NCBI GenBank assembly: GCA_043753645.1 | Contig: JAYUWH010000115.1 | Coordinates: 141-64,140, forward strand | Source: Bdellovibrionales bacterium | Lineage (GTDB): Bacteria > Bdellovibrionota > Bdellovibrionia > Bdellovibrionales > Bdellovibrionaceae | DNA length: 64,000 bases | Reading direction: 5' to 3' | In this document: piece after piece, positions 52,175 through 60,910 of the stretch | Layout of the letters: every line of letters starts with the position of its first letter | Numbering within the stretch: the first letter of the stretch is position 1 | Notes under the pieces: generated by a model | What the model was told of the DNA's origin: nothing | Seen by the model: only the letters and a program-made list of their open reading frames with translations | The model's database searches: none | Translations under genes and position numbers: made by a program

Positions 52175-52984
52175 ATGCGTGAATGGAATTATGATAACGA
52201 TCAGTGGACTAAGCTTCCGGGCTATATTAAACATTTACCACTATTCACGCACCATTATGATTTAACCAGCCGCTTTATTCGATTTATTTGGTCTCTGATT
52301 CTGAAAAACTGGTTTTATACTTTCTACATCCGCCTAGATGTTAAGGGCGGAGATTTCAATGAACTTTACTGTCTGCACAAAAAACTAATCATTATCTCGA
52401 ATCATGCTTCTCATTTAGACGCAATTTCAATTGCAGGCGCTATTCCCCGGCTGCATTGGATGGATCTGTATATGGCGGCAGCCAAAGATTATTTTTTTTC
52501 TAATCCTTTTTTCACATTTTTTTCGCAGCATTGTTTAGGGGCGATTCCAATTGACCGCAAAGATAAAAAAGGTGAATCGATTCAGCTGATCTTAACATTA
52601 CTAACTCAGCTAGACCGCATGTGGTTAATCATTTTTCCTGAAGGAACGCGCTCAAAAGATGGAAAAGTGCATGAGTTTAAGCGTGGAATAAGTATCTTTG
52701 CACAAAAAACTCAAACGCCAATTTTATTTTTATATATTGATGGAAATTCTAGGTTATGGCCCAAAGGTGCTTTTTTTGCTAAACCTGGAAAATTAACAGT
52801 GCATATTGGTCCTGTGCAACAGCCGACAAGTATCGATGAAGTTTATAAAAATTATTTGTTGTGGGTAAAGACCATTGATCCAGATGTGTTACCTGATGAT
52901 ATGACTGAAGAAAATGAAGTGGCTTTAGATCAATTGACACTTCAAGAATGGGATACCGATGACGAATCAACCTCAGAAAATTAA
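52175..52984 (+). CDS. plsC: 1-acyl-sn-glycerol-3-phosphate acyltransferase
   Basis: NHASHLD, AAKDYFF, IFPEGTRS. Confidence 0.85.
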   Translation: MREWNYDNDQWTKLPGYIKHLPLFTHHYDLTSRFIRFIWSLILKNWFYTFYIRLDVKGGDFNELYCLHKKLIIISNHASHLDAISIAGAIPRLHWMDLYMAAAKDYFFSNPFFTFFSQHCLGAIPIDRKDKKGESIQLILTLLTQLDRMWLIIFPEGTRSKDGKVHEFKRGISIFAQKTQTPILFLYIDGNSRLWPKGAFFAKPGKLTVHIGPVQQPTSIDEVYKNYLLWVKTIDPDVLPDDMTEENEVALDQLTLQEWDTDDESTSEN

Positions 52985-53855
52985 GTTAATAATTGCGGGT
53001 TATGAAATATGCCCTGTGCCGACTGGACTTTTTGGCTTAGACGGCGGTGCGATGTTTGGAACCGTGCCAAAAATATTATGGTCAAAATCAAACCCAGCCG
53101 ATGATCAGAACCGCATTCCGATGGAAGCACGCGCCCTATTACTCAAATCGAAAGACCGTAATATTCTAATCGATGCGGGTAATGGATCTGATTTCACTGC
53201 AAAGTACGGTGAAAAACTTGGACCCAAATTCGCCGAAATGTACGCGCTAGATAAAAATGGGCCCAATTTGATCTCATCGATTAAAAGTCATGGGCTGAAT
53301 CCTGAGGACATTACGGATGTTATCTTAACTCATTTGCACTTTGATCATGCTGGCGGAGCAACAACAGAAAAGAATGGAAAAATAGTACCAACTTTTCCGA
53401 ACGCTAGATATTACGTGCAAAAGAAAAATTTTGAAACGGCCAAAGATCCGAATATTCGTGAAAAGTCCAGTTACTTCTTAAATAACTTTCAACCGTTATT
53501 AGATCACAATTGCTTGACCCTTGTTGAGGGCGATCAAACTAATATCTTACCGCATATCTCGTTAAAGATCTCAAATGGCCACACCGAGGCCCACCAAGTT
53601 GTCATCATTCAAGATGATGACTTGGCTTTATTTTATTGTGGTGATGTCGTTCCAACAAGTTCGCATGTACGCCTAGCCTGGGTCATGGGTTATGATTTAC
53701 ATCCGATGACTTTGATCGAAGAAAAAAAACAATTGCTAGAGCAAGCTTTAAATAAAAAAACTTTCCTTTATTTTGAACATGATCCTTATTGTGATGCTGC
53801 CTTGATCGAACGAAATAAAAATGATTTTGCAGTTAAAGAAAGATTTCTATTGTGA
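52959..53855 (+). CDS. MBL-fold metallo-hydrolase (YtnP-like)
   Basis: LDGGAMFG.VPK.LW, LTHLHFDHAGG, GHT, GD. Confidence 0.92.
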   Translation: MTNQPQKIKLIIAGYEICPVPTGLFGLDGGAMFGTVPKILWSKSNPADDQNRIPMEARALLLKSKDRNILIDAGNGSDFTAKYGEKLGPKFAEMYALDKNGPNLISSIKSHGLNPEDITDVILTHLHFDHAGGATTEKNGKIVPTFPNARYYVQKKNFETAKDPNIREKSSYFLNNFQPLLDHNCLTLVEGDQTNILPHISLKISNGHTEAHQVVIIQDDDLALFYCGDVVPTSSHVRLAWVMGYDLHPMTLIEEKKQLLEQALNKKTFLYFEHDPYCDAALIERNKNDFAVKERFLL

Positions 53856-54634
53856 TCAAAAGATTTTTTTCTGCCTTATATCATGAGTTTGCAGAAATAC
53901 ATTTTGCAGCAGCCAGTATTGCGTACTCGACACTGTTGTCGATTGTGCCATTTTTAATCGTGGTGCTTGCAGTCTTTCAATCCGGTGTTGGCCTAGAAAA
54001 ACTTTACCCTAAAATCGAAGCGCTATTCACAACTTACATGAAAGAAGCGACAGGAAGCCTTGCGGTTGATTATATAAAAACCGCTTTATCAAATGTTCAT
54101 CCAAAAACCGTGGGTGCGACGGGAATCATCTTGTTAATGTTCACATCTATCGGGCTTATTCGCAGTATCGATACAGCTTTTCACCGTATTTGGAAAATAA
54201 AAATGACCAAGCCCGCTTTTGCCAGATTTACTTTTTATTGGTTCATTTTACTACTTTCGCCGATCGCCCTAGCACTTCTTGTCGGCCTTCGCTCGGTAAC
54301 TTATTTCAACCAACTAAGCGCTAATATGGAGCATCAGTTTTCTATTTCACTTTGGCCCGTTTTATTTTTATGGTTACTGTACACTCTAGTTCCACACGTT
54401 AAAGTAAAAATACTAGCGGCCTTACCCTCGGCTTTGCTTGCCAGTTTCTCCTTGAACCTGGTGCAAACAGGCTTTATCTGGGCTTCGCTTTCGGTATTCA
54501 AAAAAAATAAAATCTACGGATCTCTAGCTTCATTTCCAATTTTTTTACTATGGCTTTTGGTCGTCTGGTGCGTGATTCTCTGCGGAGTTTCGCTATGCTC
54601 TTTTATACAGCAGCGCATGCTGAAAAGCTCTTAA
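53852..54634 (+). CDS. YihY/virulence factor BrkB family membrane protein
   Basis: AASIAYSTLLSIVP, IYGSLASFPIFLLWL. Confidence 0.9.
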   Translation: MIKRFFSALYHEFAEIHFAAASIAYSTLLSIVPFLIVVLAVFQSGVGLEKLYPKIEALFTTYMKEATGSLAVDYIKTALSNVHPKTVGATGIILLMFTSIGLIRSIDTAFHRIWKIKMTKPAFARFTFYWFILLLSPIALALLVGLRSVTYFNQLSANMEHQFSISLWPVLFLWLLYTLVPHVKVKILAALPSALLASFSLNLVQTGFIWASLSVFKKNKIYGSLASFPIFLLWLLVVWCVILCGVSLCSFIQQRMLKSS

Positions 54635-54677
54635 CAAAAACAAATGTTTTTGCTACTTTAACTGCAATTCAAAAAAT

Positions 54678-54754
54678 GGTTCCGTAGCTCAGTTGGATAG
54701 AGCATCTCCCTTCTAAGGAGAGGGTCGTACGTTCAAGTCGTACCGGAGCCACCA
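54678..54754 (+). tRNA. tRNA-Arg(UCU)
   Basis: GGTTCCG/CGGAGCC acceptor stem, D-arm GCTCAGTTGGATAGAGC, anticodon arm TCTCC-CTTCTAA-GGAGA, T-loop GTTCAAG, encoded ACCA. Confidence 0.97.
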
Positions 54755-54849
54755 ATTATTTTAATAGGTTAGCTGTTTCTATATTTTTAAAATAAATCCC
54801 GAGTCAACGCTGAGTCACCAATGAATGTTAATATTCTGGGCCTTGTACT

Positions 54850-55341
54850 TTAAGATGCTTTTTTGTGAAACTCAAATTCATCAATTCTAAATTGATCGTT
54901 ATGTTTTTTATATTCAAGGACGGTGTCGGCGAAAAAAATGTAACGATCAAGAATAAAGTTTTCTAGGTCACCCAATTTGAATGGCTTTCTAATATAGCCT
55001 AAAACTCGCCACCGCACGAGCTGTTCTAACGCCGCCGACGTGAAATGAGCGGACATGACAAACACAGGAATTCTGCGACCCTTGAGGGCCTCCCTGATCA
55101 CTTTAATAGCGTAGAATCCAAAGGTACCTGGCAATTCAACGTCCGCGATTATAATATCGAATAACTGATCGCTAGCAACAGCTCCTTCAACCAAAGACTT
55201 TAATTTTTCGACCTGACCTACGACGTAAACCGTAGCCCCTAATTTCTCGAATCGATCTTTAAGCGCAAGGCGCGCACCCTCATTTGGCTCGACGAACAAA
55301 ATTCGTTTATTTTTAAGAAGAGACATTAATGACTTGGCCAT
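54850..55341 (-). CDS. Single-domain response regulator receiver
   Basis: ILFVEP, IIIADVELPG, VMSA, IRKPF; start may be 55341 or 55329. Confidence 0.8.
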   Translation of the reverse strand: MAKSLMSLLKNKRILFVEPNEGARLALKDRFEKLGATVYVVGQVEKLKSLVEGAVASDQLFDIIIADVELPGTFGFYAIKVIREALKGRRIPVFVMSAHFTSAALEQLVRWRVLGYIRKPFKLGDLENFILDRYIFFADTVLEYKKHNDQFRIDEFEFHKKAS

Positions 55342-55343
55342 CT

Positions 55344-55377
55344 TCAAGTTTTTCGGAACATCCGCCGAGAATCTTTA
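55344..55377. promoter_or_regulatory. Overlapping divergent sigma28-like promoters
   Basis: Plus: TCAAG-N15-GCCGAGAA (55344-55371); minus: TAAAG-N15-TCCGAAAA (55377-55350). Confidence 0.45.
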
Positions 55378-55380
55378 GGT

Positions 55381-57345
55381 ATGAAAGAAATAACATTTAT
55401 CCAATGGTTAGAGCTTTGCGCCTTAGCCCTGTTCTTGGTCGGTCTAGTTTATCGGATCGGAAGGTCTAGATATAAACCAACGAGATCTGGCCTTAAAGTG
55501 GATCCGGAAACTCCGTTAACTTATAACGAAATATTATCGAGTCTGAAAAAATACGGTTACAACACAAACAGTATATTTCATTTATACGATAGCTTTAGTC
55601 ATTTGCGGGTAAATGAAAAATCAAAAGGTAAGCTGGGTGAGGAAATTTTTGGACATGAGGCACACCCTGGATTTAACTTAATTATCTCAGATCCGCTTTG
55701 TGACCCCAGAAATTGCGAAGAGGTACTTAGGAGACTGACAAAGTCTGGAAGAGATCAGGACAAAGATACTATTCTTTTTGCCATCGGGCCCGCTTTTGCA
55801 GAGGCTGCGAAAAATTTGTCTTTCAAAGTTGTTGCAATCGGCAAAGAGCCTCAATTTGATTTAAAAAAATGGACGAGTGAGTTGCTTTCATCAAAACTCA
55901 AGTCGGCACTTCGCCAGGTTGAAAAAAGAGGGATCGTCATCGAGGAATTTTCCTTGCAGCAGCTCCATTCAAAAAACATGATTGACGATATGAATGAAAT
56001 CTTGCAGACGTGGTTCCTTTCTCGCGCATCAGAAAAATTTAAAAATCTTACGGAAGTAAATCCATCCGCAGGTTCGGACGATAAAAAGTTTTTTGTGGCA
56101 CATCAAGCTGGGCGCGTGGATGCCTTTCTAATTGCTTCGCCCATATATGCTAAGAATGGCTATTTTTTGCAGGATCTTATTCGCACGGCGTCCAGCGTAA
56201 GCGGCGTAGCCGATGCTCTAGTCGTCCGCGCGCTTGAGTGCCTAAAAAGCCAAGGCTATGAAATGGCAAGCCTTGGGGTCTCGCCACTTGCCGGTCTTAA
56301 TGACCCAGCAATAAATACGAAACACCCCTATTTGAATAAAATTTTAAATCTGGTTTATAATTACCAGAAATTCCCAGTTCACTTTAAAGACCTTTACGGT
56401 TTTAAAAGAAAATTTGAACCGACACACGAAGAATTTGCTTACGTGGCACTTTCGAGCCGTTGGTGGAAACCGAATCAGTTGTGGATTTTATCGCAATTAA
56501 TCTCCGAATTTAATCTGCTTGGATTCATTCAATTTAAACTTAATCAATGGCGTAATGGAATTGATCTTCCAAGGCCCTTAAAGTGGATGCTCAATTCAGA
56601 ATTTATCGTACTGCCAAAAATCACAAACTTGCGACTTGAAACTGTATTTAATCGATTTAAATTCACCTTGTCGATGCTGTTTCTCAACATTTACACTTTT
56701 ATTTTAACTGGTAACTTTGATAACGGTATCAACACAACAAAGCTGCAAGAGTTTGGCTTTTCTTATGAAAACTTTTTTCATAATAAGTGGTTTGTTCTGG
56801 TTACATCTAATTTTTTGCATTTTAACGTTTCTCATTTAACGGTAAATATGATCGGACTATTTTTGTTCACCGCATCCCTCGAGGCCCTTGCTGGATCGGG
56901 CACGTCTGCACTGTGCTTCCTGATCGGTATGCAGGCTAATATACCCAACGGACTTGTTTTACTGCCGTTCTTGCGCGAATTCGTTCCGAGCCTTTCCTCA
57001 TCAACGTTTACGTATGTCGATGTCGGCGCCTCCTTAGGCGTTTTTGGAAGCTTAGGAGGTCTAATGTATTTTATGCATAAAAAAGCCAAGTGGATTGCCG
57101 GTTTCATTGCGGTCACCAGTACAAGTCTTTTTTCTATTTTTAACAATGAGCTGATAGGATTTGACCATGTCTTTGCCTTGATGTTGGGTTATGTGATTTG
57201 CCATTTACACAGTTCGCGAAATGTTTCCCAGGTAATGTTCGAATCGGGACCCGAAAACCTATTGGATTTACCCAATTATTTTAATAGCGACCACGTAGCC
57301 CACAATTTAGTCCAACCTTCAGGCCGAGCGGTCGAAAAAAAATGA
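55381..57345 (+). CDS. Aminoacyl-lipid synthase domain (DUF2156/LPG_synthase_C) fused to a C-terminal rhomboid domain
   Basis: DPL, IGKEPQFDL, LQDLIR, SLGVSPLAGL, FKDLYGFKRKFEP; then TSNFLH...HL.VNM, VGASLGVFG, DHVFALMLG. Confidence 0.85.
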   Translation: MKEITFIQWLELCALALFLVGLVYRIGRSRYKPTRSGLKVDPETPLTYNEILSSLKKYGYNTNSIFHLYDSFSHLRVNEKSKGKLGEEIFGHEAHPGFNLIISDPLCDPRNCEEVLRRLTKSGRDQDKDTILFAIGPAFAEAAKNLSFKVVAIGKEPQFDLKKWTSELLSSKLKSALRQVEKRGIVIEEFSLQQLHSKNMIDDMNEILQTWFLSRASEKFKNLTEVNPSAGSDDKKFFVAHQAGRVDAFLIASPIYAKNGYFLQDLIRTASSVSGVADALVVRALECLKSQGYEMASLGVSPLAGLNDPAINTKHPYLNKILNLVYNYQKFPVHFKDLYGFKRKFEPTHEEFAYVALSSRWWKPNQLWILSQLISEFNLLGFIQFKLNQWRNGIDLPRPLKWMLNSEFIVLPKITNLRLETVFNRFKFTLSMLFLNIYTFILTGNFDNGINTTKLQEFGFSYENFFHNKWFVLVTSNFLHFNVSHLTVNMIGLFLFTASLEALAGSGTSALCFLIGMQANIPNGLVLLPFLREFVPSLSSSTFTYVDVGASLGVFGSLGGLMYFMHKKAKWIAGFIAVTSTSLFSIFNNELIGFDHVFALMLGYVICHLHSSRNVSQVMFESGPENLLDLPNYFNSDHVAHNLVQPSGRAVEKK

Positions 57346-57349
57346 TTTC

Positions 57350-58114
57350 ATGAAACTGATTATGATACTTTCTTTTATTTTCCTAGCTCATTTATCACAC
57401 GCTTGGGATTTATATTCTTTAGGTGGGATTTCCAGCCCCTATAGCGAAAAGCTATCTGAGAAAATGGGCCAGATTAACGCGGAATTCATCCAGAATCATA
57501 ATTTAGAAAAAAAAACTATTGCTTTACAATGCATCAACAATTCTAAGGACAAAATCTATATTGGACTTGGGCAATTCATGTTGATCAAAGCCCCGTTAAA
57601 ACTGGTTACTGAAACTTTGGAATCGTTTGAAAAGTATCCGATGTGGTTTCAGGGACTCATGAAAAACAGTGCGCGGCCACAAATAAAAAAAGGAGAATAC
57701 CTCGTCGAATCTGAACAAACTGTACCCATTCCGTTTGTCAACAATATTAAAACGACGATGATTTATTCGATTCAAAAATTAGAAAAAAATGTTCTGATCA
57801 GGTATCAGTTAAAGTCGAGTAACAATCTGCTTTATTACGATGGTTTTATCGAGCTGCAAGAACTGTCTTCAGGTGAAGTCGCTTTTGTCGAATACGACTA
57901 TATTCTAGCTGACTGGGGGATGGCGAAGTTGCTGGGCTCAGACAGCATTTGGGCCGAATCCTTGAAAGGCATAGTTCAAACTGATTTAGCGATAAAACTA
58001 AGGGCTGAAAAATCGAATCTAGCTGACCAAGAAGTGCGGGAAAAATCGAAATCTCTTGCCAACAATATCCTACTTTCAGAATGCATAAAAAATCGGACCG
58101 AAAAGTCAGAATAA
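57350..58114 (+). CDS. Secreted SRPBCC/START-like lipid-binding protein
   Basis: Signal peptide SHA; LIKAPLKLVTETLESFEKYPMWF resembles the I.AP...V...L.D...YP.W SRPBCC motif; 4 bp after the fusion gene. Confidence 0.55.
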   Translation: MKLIMILSFIFLAHLSHAWDLYSLGGISSPYSEKLSEKMGQINAEFIQNHNLEKKTIALQCINNSKDKIYIGLGQFMLIKAPLKLVTETLESFEKYPMWFQGLMKNSARPQIKKGEYLVESEQTVPIPFVNNIKTTMIYSIQKLEKNVLIRYQLKSSNNLLYYDGFIELQELSSGEVAFVEYDYILADWGMAKLLGSDSIWAESLKGIVQTDLAIKLRAEKSNLADQEVREKSKSLANNILLSECIKNRTEKSE

Positions 58115-58122
58115 CAGCAATT

Positions 58123-58950
58123 TTAAAGTTCGAGAATGAGTCCAAAATATCCAAATTCGCTCCGAGTATTTTGAAACTGAAAGTACTTCATCCTGGTATC
58201 GCCACCATTATAGTAGCCCAGCACCACCCGAGTCGATTGTGGCGAAAGATTTCCAATATGGGCACCTGCCACCATTCCTAGTTGGAGATGTCCATGAAGA
58301 CCAATACTTTTCAAGCCATACTGTTCTAAACCTATCGCAATAAAAGGAGTAAATTTATGAGGATCCAAGGGAACCCCTTCTGGATACCATTCTAAAAATT
58401 CATGAGCGCCTAAAAATTGCATTTTTGGACCGCTGATTACAGCTGGCCTGAATCCGGCCCCTAGCCTGAATTTCCGACCTATATCATTCACGTACCTGAA
58501 GTCAAAAATTTCATTTCCTAAATCAGGGCCAATAAGAGACGTGTCTTCGATATTATCGGATACATGTCCTGATTGGTGTGTCCATATAAATGCAAATCGC
58601 TGTGAGTCGTCTATAATAACATCCCAAGCTAACCCCACGCGGGCATCGTTTGTTTCAACGTGAATAGTACTTTCGTCGTTGAGATAGTGATAATTCGAAG
58701 TTGCAGACGCATGAACTATAAGCTGCGATTTGTATCCCCATGATTCACTCTCGAAGATGGATCCTGAACCCCCGAACTCAGCGACTTGTCTGCTGTCTCC
58801 CCGAAAAATAAGACTTATTTTGGGATCAAAAAACAATCCATAGGACTGAAACAGCTTGTGATTAGATTCCGCATTGAAAAAAATCTCAGCTCGGGAGTAT
58901 GAAAACAAAAACATCAGCAAAGCAAAAAGTGTGATTTTATACCATTTCAT
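58123..58950 (-). CDS. Outer-membrane beta-barrel, DUF1207-like
   Basis: Signal peptide; HQSGHVSD resembles the DUF1207 H.S.H..D motif; YYNG; C-terminal GYFGLILEL strand. Confidence 0.55.
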   Translation of the reverse strand: MKWYKITLFALLMFLFSYSRAEIFFNAESNHKLFQSYGLFFDPKISLIFRGDSRQVAEFGGSGSIFESESWGYKSQLIVHASATSNYHYLNDESTIHVETNDARVGLAWDVIIDDSQRFAFIWTHQSGHVSDNIEDTSLIGPDLGNEIFDFRYVNDIGRKFRLGAGFRPAVISGPKMQFLGAHEFLEWYPEGVPLDPHKFTPFIAIGLEQYGLKSIGLHGHLQLGMVAGAHIGNLSPQSTRVVLGYYNGGDTRMKYFQFQNTRSEFGYFGLILEL

Positions 58951-59369
58951 TTTTCATCACCTATTTATATAAAGAGTAAATTTAAGTAACTGACGTTACA
59001 ACACTACAATAGCCTTTTAATCAAATGCAATCGAAGATTTTAAGATAGAAAACGATTACATATTTTGTAAAGCTGTTTTTTTGAAGTTTATTAAAACCAG
59101 CTTTTTGTTCCGATTGAAATTAAAAAATAAACAGATCAACGGTGCTTGCGTAATCGAGCGACGTTTGCCTTTGAAAGAAGAGATTCGATGGCAAAGGCAC
59201 CATCACCGTATTTGATAATAAATATTTTTTGCTTTTTTCTATTATTTTTTACAAGGCTATAATTTGTAAACCATTCCGTATAAACCTTGGTCTATCGATC
59301 AAAATCAAATTTAACATGCTCAGATATTCTTGGTATAATGTCATTAATGCGCTTACAAGGCGGGAAAAA

Positions 59370-60479
59370 TCACTTCAATATTTTGGCTTTCGGACCCACG
59401 TGATGAAGCTCTTCACCCCACCAAACTGATTTGTCGAAAAAGCAAATGAAATATGTCATAAGATTAAGTGGGTCACCGACGAAAAATGAAAAGTCCAAGA
59501 CAAGTCTGCTTTGCAAAAAATAATTAAGTGATGCTAGGTAAAAAAATCTTACGATTAAAAATAAACTCCACATTTTTAAATAAAAATAATCTTGCCTAAG
59601 CAATGATACAATTGGTAGTACAGTATATAAATATCCAATTAAAATTCCGATAAATGATAAAATAAAGCTTACTGAACTATAGTGAATTGCAATCAAGTGC
59701 GCGCGTTTCATGTTCTGGATAAGCTGCCGGAAAGACTGTTTTGCAACTGGCGACTGCACAGCCGGACCTAAAACCAAATTTCCGCCAGCCTTTTTTACAA
59801 GATCTCCAAATATCAAGTCTTCTGCTAAATAATTTGAAAAGTTTTTCACTCCACCAACGGCATCTAGTAAATTGCGATTGAAAGCTAAAACTCCGCCGGC
59901 AACGCCAACACTTTTTTCATCGATCATGCTGGGGGCCCACAAGCATGCTAAGACTGAATTCCAAATGTAGCTGTAGATTTTTGCTGGAGCGGAAGCCGCT
60001 TGAATATGAACTGGTAGGCAGCTAACCAATGTGCGGTCATTTTCAAGTTGATGGATTATTTTTGTAAGAGTTGACTTGGACACCTCCATATCAAAGTCCG
60101 AGAAAACAATTATTTCATTTTTTGCAGACAGGTAGCCGTAATGTAAGTTTGAACACTTACCCGAATATTCTTCTAATCTTTCATTAATACAAATTACCGC
60201 GTTTAAATCTTTTGATAATTCTTGGATCAGCTCTATCGCAGGATCATTTTTGTCTTGAAAAGAAAAAATAAATTGAATTGTACCCGAATACGTTTGAGTC
60301 ACCCAAGACCTCACACATTTTTCAGTATGTTCAGTTTTGCCTTTTATCGGAAATATAATTGAAACTGAAGGCTTAGCCTTGGACTGTTTAACGGAATTGG
60401 CAAACTTAAGTGCGCGCTTGGCGTTTAATATTAATAAACTAGAAACTCCAATATAAATCGCAAGATACCAAAACAGCAT
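59370..60479 (-). CDS. GT2 glycosyltransferase, HpnI/ceramide glucosyltransferase-like
   Basis: N-terminal TM, SIIFPIKG, GKCSNL, FSDFD (DxD), YLAED, C-terminal TMs and V.W.G; probable ATG 60479. Confidence 0.8.
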   Translation of the reverse strand: MLFWYLAIYIGVSSLLILNAKRALKFANSVKQSKAKPSVSIIFPIKGKTEHTEKCVRSWVTQTYSGTIQFIFSFQDKNDPAIELIQELSKDLNAVICINERLEEYSGKCSNLHYGYLSAKNEIIVFSDFDMEVSKSTLTKIIHQLENDRTLVSCLPVHIQAASAPAKIYSYIWNSVLACLWAPSMIDEKSVGVAGGVLAFNRNLLDAVGGVKNFSNYLAEDLIFGDLVKKAGGNLVLGPAVQSPVAKQSFRQLIQNMKRAHLIAIHYSSVSFILSFIGILIGYLYTVLPIVSLLRQDYFYLKMWSLFLIVRFFYLASLNYFLQSRLVLDFSFFVGDPLNLMTYFICFFDKSVWWGEELHHVGPKAKILK

Positions 60480-60500
60480 TAGTTCACGACCTTGTAGGAA

Positions 60501-60509
60501 GGGGGGGGG
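60501..60509. repeat. G9 homopolymer upstream of the glycosyltransferase
   Basis: GGGGGGGGG in an otherwise AT-rich spacer. Confidence 0.9.
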
Positions 60510-60770
60510 CAATATTAGCTAACGTACTTGAAAGAATTCCTAACATAAATCTAAATATGCAAGAGAACCGTCTTTTGAAGCACTATAATGATCACAATTT
60601 TAGATTACTATATTATAATGTTTACAAATGATACATTATAAATAACTGTAAATACTAATGTTTATTGTTATTTTATATTTTACTGATCAAACTATTGATC
60701 ATTTTAGTATCAAATGAGATTATATATTTAAGCAAGAAAACGAACTTAAACCTTATAATCTGGAGGCCTT

Positions 60771-60899
60771 ATGTTTAGAGTATTTGTGATCGCCCTTGTG
60801 GCTGTATTTTTATTACAGGGATGCGCGAAAGACGTTATTCCTGCAACCTCAACTGCAACCTCTAACATGCCCGGCACAATCGCTGCGGACGCTCAATAA
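60771..60899 (+). CDS. Tiny lipoprotein A (42 aa), C-terminus IAADAQ
   Basis: SD GGAGG 4 nt before ATG; MFRVFVIALVAVFLLQGCAKDVIPATSTATSNMPGTIAADAQ; lipobox LQGC; below the ORF-track size cutoff. Confidence 0.8.
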   Translation: MFRVFVIALVAVFLLQGCAKDVIPATSTATSNMPGTIAADAQ

Positions 60900-60910
60900 A
60901 GGAGTATGTC

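Noticed and set aside
54721-54754. attR duplication of the tRNA 3' end
   Set aside because: No second copy of CGTACCGGAGCCACCA or similar was found by eye downstream
59137-59175. c-di-GMP-I riboswitch (minus strand GGCAAAC...ACGCAAGC)
   Set aside because: Lacks the GNRA-capped P2 stem and P3 receptor; only partial resemblance
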